Shown: positions 1 through 10,274 of the stretch, piece by piece
How positions within the stretch are numbered: the stretch's first letter is position 1
Layout of the letters: every line of letters begins with the position of its first letter
Assembly (NCBI GenBank): GCA_018712065.1
Contig: DVHL01000036.1
Coordinates: forward strand, 46,455 to 110,454
Length of the DNA stretch: 64,000 nucleotides
Direction: 5' to 3'
Origin: Candidatus Fimimonas gallinarum
GTDB lineage: Bacteria > Bacillota > Clostridia > Christensenellales > CAG-314
The notes under the pieces: model-generated
What the model saw: the letters and a program-made list of their open reading frames with translations, nothing else
The model's database searches: none
What the model was told of the DNA's origin: nothing
Translations under genes and position numbers: made by a program

Positions 1-242
1 ATTGTTATCATGTACAAAAGCATCATGGCGTCGCCGTCCTGCAAAAGACGGATTACAATGCCTGCAACAACCATTATCGTGCCGCTTATGCCGAAAAATC
101 CGAATCCCGGCACAAACACCTCGATTGCGCAGAAGATGAAACCCACAATGAAAAGCACCATGGGCAACACCTGCATTTCGGTGAATAATCTTGCAAAACT
201 GGAATCGGCAAACCCCTCTGCAAGAATCGTCAGTACGTTCAT
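1..242 (-). CDS. membrane protein with NfeD-like membrane domain (5' part only; gene runs off the left edge)
   Basis: Own translation of the minus strand from ATG at 240-242 (GGAG upstream): MNVLTILAEGFADSSFARLFTEMQVLPMVLFIVGFIFCAIEVFVPGFGFFGISGTIMVVAG... Hydrophobic helices with an E-x3-PGxGxxGxxG pattern as in NfeD membrane domains. No stop before position 1. Confidence 0.4.
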   Translation of the reverse strand, partial: MNVLTILAEGFADSSFARLFTEMQVLPMVLFIVGFIFCAIEVFVPGFGFFGISGTIMVVAGIVIRLLQDGDAMMLLYMIT

Positions 243-262
243 ATCTTTACTCCGTAATTAAA

Positions 263-793
263 TTATGCCACAAAAGGTTGCAACAAACCTATTGTTCCGT
301 CTTTGCGGCGATAAACCGCTTCGACGTTGCCTGTTTCCTCGTTGACAAACAGGTAGAAATCGTGATCCAACATGTCCAGATTTTCCGCCGCTTCCAAAGC
401 CGACATGCGGTCCACCGCAAAACGCTTGGTTTTGGCTATTTGTACCGGTTCCACCTCCACGTCGGAAACAAATTCGTATTCCGTGGGGCGTTCGGGCATT
501 TTGTGAGATTTGTTGAGTTTTTCACGGTGCTTGACAAGTTGCCTTTCCAACTTGGGAAGGCAGGAATCGATATTGTAGTACATCGTGTCGCCAACGACTT
601 CCGAACGTATGTAAGTGCCGTGATAGGTGATGGAAATTTCCATTTTGCATTGTCTGCCGAGATCCGTCAAGACAACTTTGCAAGGAGTGTCGCTGTCGGG
701 GAAATACTTGTCCAACTTTTTGAGTTTGGTGGTCAGAATGTGTTCCAACCTGTCAGTTACACGATAGTTTTTGGATGTAATTTCTAGTTTCAT
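263..793 (-). CDS. hpf: ribosome hibernation promoting factor, long form
   Basis: MKLEITSKNYRVTDRLEHILTTKLKKLDKYF... is a typical HPF/YfiA N-domain, followed by a C-terminal dimerisation domain. GGAGG lies 7 nt before the second ATG (793), too close to the first ATG (799). Confidence 0.9.
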   Translation of the reverse strand: MKLEITSKNYRVTDRLEHILTTKLKKLDKYFPDSDTPCKVVLTDLGRQCKMEISITYHGTYIRSEVVGDTMYYNIDSCLPKLERQLVKHREKLNKSHKMPERPTEYEFVSDVEVEPVQIAKTKRFAVDRMSALEAAENLDMLDHDFYLFVNEETGNVEAVYRRKDGTIGLLQPFVA

Positions 794-843
794 AGCCATA
801 CCTCCGACTTTTCTTGGAAAAAGAAAGCCTTTCTCCTACAATA

Positions 844-871
844 ATTATATCATAACTTTGGTGAAATTCAA
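844..871 (-). promoter_or_regulatory. sigma-A type promoter upstream of hpf
   Basis: On the minus strand: TTGAAT, 16 nt spacer, TGaTATAAT (extended -10). Confidence 0.45.
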
Positions 872-1162
872 TAGTAAAGACAAAAAAAGTGTCTTGTACG
901 CCACAAATTTTGTAAAGAAAATCCCCCAAAGGGCAAAAAAGGGGATATTGTACCGTTTTTTTCGACACGTTGCAAAAAAATACAGCCATTTTCCGACAGC
1001 AACTTTCAACTGTTTTGCCAAACGGCTTGTCCCGTTGAACTTCTCAACTTGCAGTAATCACCGTATACTTCCAAGAGTAATTCCTGAAAATTTGACGCTT
1101 TACGCAAAGGGAAAGGGGGGGGCGCAAAAATACTTGTACCGTAAAAACCAATTGCAGAAACG

Positions 1163-1443
1163 TTTTGGAAGAAAAAAACTTTACATTAAAAAAACTTTTA
1201 CATTACAAAAATTTGCAACAGAATAGTGTTGCCAAAAATACAAAAGACTTTTTACCGTTCATTGCAAAAAGCACCTTGCTCTGCTTTCCAAAAAAACAGA
1301 CTTGTGACACAAAAAATTTGTAAAAAAATTTTGAAACCTTTTGGAAAAACAAAAAACTTTACGTTATACAAAAAACTTTTACATTACAAAAATTTGCAAC
1401 ATAATGGACTTGCCACAGACACAAAAGACATTTGACGGCTCAT
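1163..1443. repeat. two copies of a ~100 nt direct repeat (1163-1262 and 1339-1443, period 176)
   Basis: Aligned by eye: ...TTTTGGAAnAAAAAACTTTACnTTAnAAAAAACTTTTACATTACAAAAATTTGCAACAnAAT... Each copy holds an internal sub-repeat CTTT(T)ACATTA. Confidence 0.8.
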
Positions 1444-1519
1444 AAAAAATAGTCTGTTTTCACACAAAAAATCACTTGCACTTTTTGCACGAAAAGAGCA
1501 ATCACGGTACATGTAGGCA

Positions 1520-1558
1520 TAAAAAACGACGCCGCAAGTTTATGTCTTGTGGCGTCGA
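1520..1558 (-). terminator. rho-independent terminator downstream of clpC
   Basis: 12-bp stem CGACGCCGCAAG / CTTGTGGCGTCG, followed by a T-run on the minus strand. Confidence 0.6.
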
Positions 1559-1625
1559 ACACACAAATTTGTATCAAAAAAATCAAATACGGTAGTGAAA
1601 AACAGTGACGGGAACTGTTGCGTTG

Positions 1626-4088
1626 CTACCTGCGGAAGGTTATTGCTTCACCGATGGCATCCACCACGACGGTGTCACCCTGATGCACTTCTCCCAAAAG
1701 TATTTTTTCCGCAAGCGCATCCTCCACCTTACGCTGAATGGTGCGTTTGAGAGGTCTTGCGCCGTACTCCTTGTCAAATCCCGCCTTGGCAATGGCTCGC
1801 ACCGCTTTGTCGGTGAATTTCAGATTGACGGTGCCTTGCAGACGCTTGTGCAAATTGGAGCAAAGCAGTTCCGTTATCTTCAACGCCTCCGCCTCGCCTA
1901 GGTAGTTGAAAACCACCACTTCGTCCACACGGTTGAGAAATTCCGGACGGAAAAAGTTTTTCAAGGCACGTTCCACGCTGTCACGCATGGCTGCGTAGTC
2001 GTTGCTTTGTCCGAAACCTATTTTTATTTGCTGGTCGCCAACGCCTATGTTGCTGGTCATGATTATTACGGTGTTTTTGAAATCCACCGTCTTGCCGTGA
2101 GAATCGGTGAGACGTCCTTCGTCAAGTATTTGCAAAAGCAAATTGAACACATCGGGATGCGCCTTTTCTATTTCGTCAAACAACACCACGCTGTAAGGCT
2201 TTTTGCGAACCTGTTCCGTCAGGTAGCCACGTTCCTCGTAGCCGACGTATCCCGGGGGCGCACCAATCAACTTGGCAGTGGACTGCTTGTCCATGTATTC
2301 CGACATATCCACACGAATCACGCCGTTGGAATCGCCAAACAGACTTTCGGCAAGCGCTTTTGTGAGTTCCGTTTTTCCCACGCCCGTCGGTCCCACGAAA
2401 ATGAAACTTCCGATAGGCTTGTTGGGGTCTTTCAATCCGGCACGTTGCCTGCGCACCGCCATTGCCACAACACGCACCGCCTGTTGCTGACCTATCACAC
2501 GCTTTTGCAGTTCCTCTTCCAAATGCACAAGTTTGTCACGCTCTTCACGTGAAATTTGCGTTACAGGCACACCTGTCATTTGTGAAATTACCGCTTTTAC
2601 GTCCTCCGCAGTCAGTTGGCACTTGTGCTGCGCAAGTTTTTCTTCATACGCCGATTGCTCGAATTCGTAGGAAAAATACACTTCGTTGAATTTTTTGTTT
2701 ATTGCCTCCACCTCTTCGGTGTTGTGCAAAGAAAGGGCAACGTCACGCTTGCGTTTGAGTTCGCTCAGTTGCGACGACAACTGCACCAAACGCTGCGGCA
2801 CGGCAAAAGTTTTTATTTTCAGTTTGCTGCACGCTTCGTCGATGACGTCGAAAGCCTTGTCGGGAAGATATCTGTCGTTGATGTACCTTACGGACAGCAA
2901 CACTGCGGCACGAATGGCCTCTTCCGTTATTTGCACGCCGTGGTGCTTTTCGTACTTGGATTTTACCCCCGAAACAATTTTTATTGCCATTTCGGGGGAA
3001 GGCTCGTTGACGGTTATCGGTTGAAAACGCCTTTCCAAAGCAGGGTCGGACTCGATGTATCTGCTGTACTCCGCCGTGGTTGTTGCGCCGACAATTTGCA
3101 ACTGTCCTCGGGCAAGCGCCGGTTTGAGTATTTCCGCTGCGTCCATCGACCTTTCCGCCGAACCGCCGGCACCCACCAGATTGTGTATTTCATCTATGAA
3201 AAGAATTACGTCGCCTGCCGCAATAACCTGCGACACGACACGTTTCAACCTCTCTTCAAAGTCGCCACGGTAGCGTGTGCCTGCCACCATACCGGCAAGG
3301 TCCAACTCCACAAGACGTTTGCCCTGCAACTCCGCAGGAACGTGCCCCTGCGACATTGCCATTGCCAAACCTTCCACAACGGCAGTTTTGCCTACGCCCG
3401 CTTCTCCCACAAGCACGGGATTGTTTTTGGTGCGTCTTGTGAGCGTTTGCACAACACGTGCCGTTTCCGTTTCTCTGCCTATTACAGGGTCGAATCCCCC
3501 TGCCAAAGCCTTTTCGGTGAGGTCGAAACCGAATTCTATGGCGCTTGTTTGCGGTTTGTCGAGGCTTTTGGCTCTTTCTCCCTCCACACTGTCAAATTCC
3601 CTGTGTAAACCGTCGTCGGATTCCGCCCGTGCAACGGGAGTTACAACGGGACTGCGTGTGAAGTTGCCTATCTTTTCCCAGTTGGGACAGGTTTTCAGTA
3701 CTCGTTGGTACATTTCCTGCGGGGTTTTGCCCCTTTGTCGCAACAAAAACCTTATCTTGTCGTAGGCGTAACTGTCCTGCATGCTGAGTATTGCCAGCAA
3801 TGCGTGCGTGCATGTTACGTCCTTTTGCCCGAAAGACTGCGAAAAAAACGTTGCACGTGCCACCAACTCCTGCACCTCTTTGGAATCGGTAAGAGGACCG
3901 CCCCTGCCTGTACGTATCAGACCGAGGTTGTCTTTGGTAAGACCGAATTCTTCCAACATTTTTTTGGCATCACTGTCCACCACCGACAACTGATACAGCA
4001 CATGCTCCGCCTTGAATGCAGGCACACGCAGTTGTCTGGCGTACATATAGGCGTTGTCAAGAACCATTTGAAGTGTTTCCGTTTGCAT
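1626..4088 (-). CDS. clpC: ATP-dependent Clp protease ATP-binding subunit, ClpC-like (two AAA+ modules)
   Basis: Clp_N-like N-terminus. Walker A motifs GEAGVGKTAVVEGLA and GPTGVGKTELTKALA, a short middle domain, and an IGF ClpP-docking tripeptide. 820 aa. Confidence 0.9.
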   Translation of the reverse strand: MQTETLQMVLDNAYMYARQLRVPAFKAEHVLYQLSVVDSDAKKMLEEFGLTKDNLGLIRTGRGGPLTDSKEVQELVARATFFSQSFGQKDVTCTHALLAILSMQDSYAYDKIRFLLRQRGKTPQEMYQRVLKTCPNWEKIGNFTRSPVVTPVARAESDDGLHREFDSVEGERAKSLDKPQTSAIEFGFDLTEKALAGGFDPVIGRETETARVVQTLTRRTKNNPVLVGEAGVGKTAVVEGLAMAMSQGHVPAELQGKRLVELDLAGMVAGTRYRGDFEERLKRVVSQVIAAGDVILFIDEIHNLVGAGGSAERSMDAAEILKPALARGQLQIVGATTTAEYSRYIESDPALERRFQPITVNEPSPEMAIKIVSGVKSKYEKHHGVQITEEAIRAAVLLSVRYINDRYLPDKAFDVIDEACSKLKIKTFAVPQRLVQLSSQLSELKRKRDVALSLHNTEEVEAINKKFNEVYFSYEFEQSAYEEKLAQHKCQLTAEDVKAVISQMTGVPVTQISREERDKLVHLEEELQKRVIGQQQAVRVVAMAVRRQRAGLKDPNKPIGSFIFVGPTGVGKTELTKALAESLFGDSNGVIRVDMSEYMDKQSTAKLIGAPPGYVGYEERGYLTEQVRKKPYSVVLFDEIEKAHPDVFNLLLQILDEGRLTDSHGKTVDFKNTVIIMTSNIGVGDQQIKIGFGQSNDYAAMRDSVERALKNFFRPEFLNRVDEVVVFNYLGEAEALKITELLCSNLHKRLQGTVNLKFTDKAVRAIAKAGFDKEYGARPLKRTIQRKVEDALAEKILLGEVHQGDTVVVDAIGEAITFRR

Positions 4089-4119
4089 TTGATACCTTCT
4101 GCAAAAAATTTCTCATTGT

Positions 4120-4148
4120 ATTGTATCAAATTACAGCACTTTTTTCAA
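4120..4148 (-). promoter_or_regulatory. sigma-A type promoter upstream of clpC
   Basis: Minus strand: TTGAAA, 17 nt spacer, TACAAT preceded by TGa (extended -10). Confidence 0.5.
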
Positions 4149-4180
4149 GGACTTACAACAAATACTTTGACAAACACTGC

Positions 4181-6709
4181 CTACTTTACGGCTTTTTTCT
4201 TCAAAAAGTAAAAAAGATGGTAACATTCCCTCGCCAAAGAAGGCAGGGTGGAAAGTGCCAACGCAGCAAGATACATTTGCCACGGCAACTGCGTCAATCC
4301 AAACAGTCCTTGCAAAGCAGGCACCAAGGCAACTGCAAACACCATTACCACCGACACTGCAAAACTTACAGCCATAAACGCCGTTATTCCCCCTCGAAAA
4401 ATACTGTGACGGCTGCGTATTTCCAGCACGAAAATCAGTTGGGAAAGGGACAAAATGAGATACGCCATTGTGGACGCAGATGCGCTGTCCACACTGTTTC
4501 CCACGGCATATCCCACAAGCGTTGAAAGGGCAAAAAGTATTCCGCCCAGCACAATCCGCCTGCCTCCGCCGCCGCTGAAAAAGGTTTCGCCTGCTTTTTT
4601 GGGGGGAATTTTCATTACGTCGTCTTCCTGCTTGTAGATTCCAAGGGCAAGACCGGGCAAACCGTCCGTTACCAGGTTTATCCACAGCAGTTGCATTGCC
4701 GAAAGGGGCGAAACGTCCCATATAAGCAAAGCCACAAATACCGAAAGCACTTCGCCTATGTTGCATGTTAGCAGGTAGGTTACTGCCTTTTTGATGTTTT
4801 GGTACACGCTTCTGCCCAACGATACGGCGTCTACGATTGTTGCAAAGTTGTCGTCGGCAAGAATGATGTCGGATGCGTCCTTGGCAACTTCCGTGCCACT
4901 TCCCATGGCGCAACCGATATCGGCATTTTTGAGTGCGGGCGCATCGTTTACGCCGTCACCCGTCATTGCCACAACGGCGTTTACGCTTTTCCAGGCGTTG
5001 ACTATCCGCAACTTATCCGACGGTGTAACACGGGCATACACGGCAATTTTGCCGACGTTTCGGGCAAGTTGACTGTCCGACCAACTTTGCAGTGTTTCGC
5101 CGTCCACTGCCATGTCGCCCTGTTGCAGAATGCCGAGATTTTTGGCAATCTCCTGCGCCGTAAGCAAACTGTCCCCCGTTATCATTACGGGGCGGATTCC
5201 TGCGCTTTTGCACATTTCCACGGCACGGAAAACTTCCTTTCTGGGCGGATCTGCCAAAGTGAACAGAGCGGTGATGTTGAGGGAATTTTCCAACGCTAGG
5301 CTTTTGGAAAAATCGTGCCGCACCTCTTTGACGGAAAGTGCCAACACACGCAGACCCTTTTTTGCATACACGTTGTAGTGTTTTTGAAACACATCGTAAT
5401 TGCAGGCATTTTTCATGGCGTCAAAACTGCCCTTGGTAACGGCAAAGTATCGGTTGTTGTGCTTTACGACGACAGTCATAAGTTTTCTGTTGCTGTCAAA
5501 GGGAATTTCAAACAGACGAAGGGCGAAATTCGGTTTTTGCATAAGGCTTGCCACTGCCACTTCGGTGGGATCGCCCAACCACCCCTCGTCGTTTTTTACC
5601 ACATCGCAACACCAGCAAAAAGCCTGAAAGTTTGCGTCCTCTTGCGGAATTTGCGCCGCACGACGGTAGGACTTGCCGTCGTACATTCCCACAAGCGACA
5701 TTTTGTTTTGCGTGAGAGTGCCTGTTTTGTCGCTGCAAATGACGGTAGCGCTTCCCAACGCTTCCACCGCCGTGAGCCTTTTGACAACGGCATTTTTCGC
5801 CGCCATTTTTTCAATGCCTTTGGCAAGCACCACCGTTACGACGGCAGGCAAACCTTCGGGAATTGCCGCAACAGCCAAAGAAACGGAGGTGAGAAAAATG
5901 TTTACAAACACAGCCGTCAGCGTATCGCCCGGTTTCATTGCCCTGACACCCTTTACAAAGCCGACCACAAGCACAACAAAACACACGGACAGGCACACTA
6001 TCCCTATCACCTTGGAAAGTTGCTTCAACTTTTGTTGCAACGGGGTGAGAACGGCTTTGGAATCGGCAAGAAAATCGGCAATTTTGCCCAGTTCGGTGTT
6101 ACTGCCTGTGGCAGTTACCTGCGCAGTGCATCTGCCGTTGGTTACAAAACTTCCGCTGTAAATTGTGTCGGAACGTTTGCCGTGAGAAGATGATTGCCGC
6201 TTTTCCACAGGGGTGCTTTCCCCCGTCAAAGCCGACTGATTTACAAAAAAACTTTCGCAGTTAAGCAACTTACAGTCTGCCGTCACCACGTCGCCCGCTT
6301 CGAAAACGCAAACGTCGTCGACAACTACATTCTCACTGTCCAAAAGAATTACGTTGCCGTCCCGCACCACTTTTGTTTTGGGGGAAGTGAGTTTTTTGAG
6401 GGCGTCAAGTGATTTTTCCGCACGGTACTCCTGAAAAGCCCCCAAAAAAGCGTTTGCCAACACAATGGCAACTATTATTACCGGTTCCAGCATGTCGGCT
6501 TTTTCACCGCTGTACAATGCTAGCCCGAAGGAAAGAGCGGCGGCAACAAGCAGAATTATTATCATCAAATCGCCAAACTGACTGAAAAACTTTTTGACAA
6601 AACTACTTTTTTTACCGCCCGTTGTTACGTTTTTGCCCTGTTTGGCAAGGCGTTGGGACGCTTCCGCCGAGGAAAGTCCCCTTTTGTAGTCCATTTGTGG
6701 TTGCGTCAA
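4181..6709 (-). CDS. cation-transporting P-type ATPase (Ca2+-ATPase-like, P2 type)
   Basis: Motifs DKTGTLT (phosphorylation site), TGES, TGDGVNDAPALK and about 10 TM helices. TTG start lies 9 nt after GGAGGTG. Confidence 0.9.
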   Translation of the reverse strand: MTQPQMDYKRGLSSAEASQRLAKQGKNVTTGGKKSSFVKKFFSQFGDLMIIILLVAAALSFGLALYSGEKADMLEPVIIVAIVLANAFLGAFQEYRAEKSLDALKKLTSPKTKVVRDGNVILLDSENVVVDDVCVFEAGDVVTADCKLLNCESFFVNQSALTGESTPVEKRQSSSHGKRSDTIYSGSFVTNGRCTAQVTATGSNTELGKIADFLADSKAVLTPLQQKLKQLSKVIGIVCLSVCFVVLVVGFVKGVRAMKPGDTLTAVFVNIFLTSVSLAVAAIPEGLPAVVTVVLAKGIEKMAAKNAVVKRLTAVEALGSATVICSDKTGTLTQNKMSLVGMYDGKSYRRAAQIPQEDANFQAFCWCCDVVKNDEGWLGDPTEVAVASLMQKPNFALRLFEIPFDSNRKLMTVVVKHNNRYFAVTKGSFDAMKNACNYDVFQKHYNVYAKKGLRVLALSVKEVRHDFSKSLALENSLNITALFTLADPPRKEVFRAVEMCKSAGIRPVMITGDSLLTAQEIAKNLGILQQGDMAVDGETLQSWSDSQLARNVGKIAVYARVTPSDKLRIVNAWKSVNAVVAMTGDGVNDAPALKNADIGCAMGSGTEVAKDASDIILADDNFATIVDAVSLGRSVYQNIKKAVTYLLTCNIGEVLSVFVALLIWDVSPLSAMQLLWINLVTDGLPGLALGIYKQEDDVMKIPPKKAGETFFSGGGGRRIVLGGILFALSTLVGYAVGNSVDSASASTMAYLILSLSQLIFVLEIRSRHSIFRGGITAFMAVSFAVSVVMVFAVALVPALQGLFGLTQLPWQMYLAALALSTLPSLARECYHLFYFLKKKAVK

Positions 6710-6931
6710 AAATACGCACCTCCGAAATACTTTTTGTAAATTTTATGAAGAGCAACAACAAATTAGAAGACAAGAAGATTTGCTCCTGCCTCAAATGAAC
6801 TTGCAAGCAGACATGATATTGACTCAACGGGCAAGAACATATAACCAAACTTTATTTGTGTTTACGACGAATTATCGGAAATTGTACGACAACAACTACT
6901 TAAACTGTTACCGCAGACTGAACGGAAACAT

Positions 6932-7250
6932 ATGTGCGACAATTTGCTACAATGTGTTGTTTCAATGATTTTTCGTAAAAATATTGCAACGAAAGTGTGA
7001 TGAAACGGCTTTGTGTAGCAAAAAAGAAAGTTTTTGGTGATTTGCGTATGTTTGTTATGCAACAAAATCAAGGTGTTTTGCAACGAATACACCCAACAGT
7101 TTCATTGAATTGCACAATATCGCCCGATGTGCGACGATTTGCAACGGTGTGTTGTTGCGATGATTTTTCGTAAAAATATTGCAACGAAAGTGTGATGAAA
7201 CGGTTTTGTGTAGCAAAAACGAAAGTTTGTGGTGATTTGCGTATGTTTGT
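6932..7250. repeat. two copies of a 124 nt direct repeat (6932-7055 and 7127-7250, period 195, 9 mismatches)
   Basis: Aligned by eye: ATGTGCGACnATTTGCnAC..GATGATTTTTCGTAAAAATATTGCAACGAAAGTGTGATGAAACGG..GGTGATTTGCGTATGTTTGT. Confidence 0.85.
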
Positions 7251-7471
7251 GTGCAAAATTGAAAATCTTGCGGTGCTTTCTTGATAACTTTGACGGAATA
7301 CACAATTTTCAATTAAATCGTTTGCCGTTACACGTCAATTTTTTGTTTACTTTCGCATAAACTGCGTAAACGGCGTATCCCTACGGAAAACGCCGAAACA
7401 CAAATTTGCACACTTAAAGAAACGACCGCCTGCCGAGCAATCGCACGTTCGCTTTGAAAAGTGTTTGACAA

Positions 7472-7503
7472 ACAAAAAAAACGCCGTAACGTTACGGCGT
7501 TTT
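7472..7503 (-). terminator. rho-independent terminator downstream of the MATE gene
   Basis: Perfect 20-nt palindrome ACGCCGTAACGTTACGGCGT. The A-run on plus gives a T-run on minus. Confidence 0.65.
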
Positions 7504-7650
7504 GGGCAGAAAACATAAGAGAATTATTATGAAACAAGCGCACACATTGGAAGGCAAATCAGTTGATTGACAAACGATTTTCCGACAAAAAGAACCTTTT
7601 TCTTGCTGACGGGTGAAAAAATTTGCGTCAAAAAGTTTTTTCTTATTACC

Positions 7651-9210
7651 CTACCCCAACAAATGTTGGCTGTACTGTTGTTCCTTGTAGGCAAACTGCT
7701 TTTTGTAGTCTTTTATCACAAAAGCAATATACACCAAAATTGACAAAATTTCTGCAAACGGGTAGCAGAACCATATACCTTCCTGTCCCCACCACATGTT
7801 GAGAAGTATTGCCGAAGGAATGAGGAAAATGAGTTGACGTGAAAGGCTCAAAAGCAAACTGGAAACGGGGCAGTTGATGCTTTGCAGCATATTTATCAGC
7901 AAAATGCTGAATGCAGCCGGTATGAAGGAAATGCTGATACAACGGAAAGCGTAGGCACCTTCTCGCACCAAAAGCATATTTTCCTGTTGCAACTGTTCCC
8001 ACGTTTGCCCCTGCGACACCGTCTTGCTTTCAAATATCGACATCAGCAATTCGGGACACAATTGGAAAAGCAACGTCCCCAGCGTCATTACGCCCAATGC
8101 AATGGACAGCGAAAGTTTGAATGTTGAATTGAACCTCTTTCGCAAGTTTGCGCCGTAGTTGTAACTGAGAATAGGCATTGTTCCCTGCATGAGTCCGAAC
8201 ACGGGCATGAAGATAAAGGACTGCACCTTGAAGTACGCAGACAAAACGGTGATTCCGTTTGTGTAGGAACGCAACATAACGTTGAGAATAATGGTAACAA
8301 CGGAACTCATGGCGTTCATAACAAGGGCGGGCAATCCTATTTTGGCTATACGTGCGAAGTAATGCGCATTGAAGCGGAAGCCTTTGAGAGAAATGGACAC
8401 GTCCTGTTTTTTGAAAATGAAAAACGCCAAATCGAAAGAGGCGGCAAACCACTGACCTATCACCGTTGCCAAAATTGCGCCAAAAACGCCCATTTTGAAC
8501 ACCATGATGAACAGTGCATCCAACACGATGTTGGTAACGGCACCGATAAGTTGGCTTATCATGGGAACTTTCATGTTGCCGGTAGCCTGCAAAATACGTG
8601 CGCTGACGATATCCAGCGTAACGCCGCCGCTTGCCGCCATGTAGATTGTGAGGTACATCGTTCCCTTTTCCACAACGTAATTGACGTCGGTGGCATTTCC
8701 GTCGTTAACGAATGCCTGCACAAAGGGACGTGAAAGGGTGAAAGCCATTACCGCCATTATTGCCCATGCAAACAAAGCCATAACTATTGCCGTTTTTGCA
8801 CCCTTGTTGGCACTTTCTCGGTTGCCCTCGCCAAGTTTGCGTGCAATGTAAGCGTTTGCACCGACGCCGATACCTATTGCCACTGCAGTTACAAACATTG
8901 TCATAGGCATTACTATGCTTACGGCGTTGAAAGAGTCTTTGCCGATGTTAAGTCCCTTGTAGCCTTCCTCAACATAGGTAATGTTGGTGAGGAAAAGAGA
9001 GTCTACAATGTTGTACAAAGATTGCACAAGCATGGAAAAAATTGCCGGCAAACTCATTTCCAGCAAAAGTTTACCGATGGGCTTGTTGCGCATCTTGTCC
9101 GACTGCAATGCAACCTGCTCTTCGCCGACGGGTTGCAATTCCCGCTGCTGTTCGGCAACAGGCTCTGCCGACTGTTTTTCCGTATCCTTACCGTTTTTAT
9201 TGATTTTCAT
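7651..9210 (-). CDS. MATE family efflux transporter
   Basis: 12-TM protein with a MATE-type N-terminus (KLLLEMSLPAIFSMLVQSLYNIVDSLFL). The start is uncertain; an internal ATG at 9093 is an alternative. Confidence 0.85.
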   Translation of the reverse strand: MKINKNGKDTEKQSAEPVAEQQRELQPVGEEQVALQSDKMRNKPIGKLLLEMSLPAIFSMLVQSLYNIVDSLFLTNITYVEEGYKGLNIGKDSFNAVSIVMPMTMFVTAVAIGIGVGANAYIARKLGEGNRESANKGAKTAIVMALFAWAIMAVMAFTLSRPFVQAFVNDGNATDVNYVVEKGTMYLTIYMAASGGVTLDIVSARILQATGNMKVPMISQLIGAVTNIVLDALFIMVFKMGVFGAILATVIGQWFAASFDLAFFIFKKQDVSISLKGFRFNAHYFARIAKIGLPALVMNAMSSVVTIILNVMLRSYTNGITVLSAYFKVQSFIFMPVFGLMQGTMPILSYNYGANLRKRFNSTFKLSLSIALGVMTLGTLLFQLCPELLMSIFESKTVSQGQTWEQLQQENMLLVREGAYAFRCISISFIPAAFSILLINMLQSINCPVSSLLLSLSRQLIFLIPSAILLNMWWGQEGIWFCYPFAEILSILVYIAFVIKDYKKQFAYKEQQYSQHLLG

Positions 9211-9464
9211 TTGTTAATATGTTTTCTCCTTGCTGACTGATACCAAAATTTGCACTATACTGCGATTTTAGCATATTTTGAGATTTTTTTCAACAAAAAA
9301 CGGCGATAGTACAGTTGAATAACCGTTGTACAAAGGCAAACAAAGGCGAAAAAACTTGACGTGAATTCACGACAACGTTTGTTGCCGTGAATAAACAACA
9401 ATTTAAGCAAAAATATTCTGCATATGACAAAAAACTTCCGAAAAAGGGAGTTTTTTCTGAAAAT

Positions 9465-9965
9465 TTACCGTTGGTTTTCCACCTTGTCGTTGACGTAACG
9501 GCAAAATGAGATGTTGTAGTTTCCGTCAGATATGTTTTCCGACTGACTTTCCAGACGCCAATTTTCCTTTTGGTCGAGGTTGGGGAAAAACACTTCCGCA
9601 TCGCCGTCGGCGTCTACCTTGGTAACGTAAGCCACGCTGCATCCGTCCAACATAAGTTTGTAGAAGGAAGCGCCGCCTATCACAAAAATATCGTTGCTGT
9701 CGTAATTGCGCAAAAGGGCATTGAGTTTGTCCACGCTGTCGACGGAAATTGTACCGTCGTGCTTTGCGCCGGAGGAATCCAGCACGATATTTACACGGTT
9801 TGGAAGCGCCCCCGAAGGAAAACTCAAAAATGTGTTTGCGCCCATTACCACAACTTTTCCCGTGGTGGTTTCACGGAAAAACTTCATATCTTTTTTCAGG
9901 CGGAAAAGCAAATCGTTGTTTTTGCCTATTCCCCAATTTTTATCAACAACTACGATTGTGTTCAT
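9465..9965 (-). CDS. folA: dihydrofolate reductase
   Basis: MNTIVVVDKNWGIGKNNDLLFRLKKDMKFFRETTTGKVVVMGANTF... is a DHFR signature. The ORF-track N-terminal extension is rejected and the start placed at ATG 9965. Confidence 0.9.
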   Translation of the reverse strand: MNTIVVVDKNWGIGKNNDLLFRLKKDMKFFRETTTGKVVVMGANTFLSFPSGALPNRVNIVLDSSGAKHDGTISVDSVDKLNALLRNYDSNDIFVIGGASFYKLMLDGCSVAYVTKVDADGDAEVFFPNLDQKENWRLESQSENISDGNYNISFCRYVNDKVENQR

Positions 9966-10274
9966 TTTAACCTCGCATTTCAAAACTGAAAATGACCTGC
10001 ACGACAAACTTTCCCTATGCATAAGAGCACAACACGGCGAATGTTTCGGCTTTTAGGCAATTTCGAAAAAATTGCATTGTCTGCGCATGATTTTTTGCTT
10101 GCCAAACGCCGATTTTTGCAAAACGTGAACGTGAGAACAGACAACACAAAAACGCCGTTGATTTTCGCTGCTAAGAGCGAGAAATGTCGTGGTACAAAAA
10201 TTTTTGCAAAACGCATGAGAAAGCATCAAACACGCACTGCAAATTCACACAAATTTACGAAGAGGAAACATTTT

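Noticed and set aside
4089-4180. CtsR operator upstream of clpC.
   Set aside because: No tandem GGTCAAA heptad repeat is present, only a single GTCAAA word. No ctsR/mcsA/mcsB genes precede clpC.
4131-4913. 260-aa minus-strand ORF overlapping the 3' part of the P-type ATPase in another frame.
   Set aside because: Arg/Gly/Cys-rich nonsense composition, fully contained in a gene with clear P-type ATPase motifs.
6862-7312. Overlapping 62-85 aa ORFs inside the 124-nt repeat pair, and similar ORFs at 34699-35178 inside the 135-bp repeats.
   Set aside because: The ORFs exist only because the repeat is duplicated. They have no RBS, the differences between copies are mostly non-synonymous, and the peptides have odd composition.
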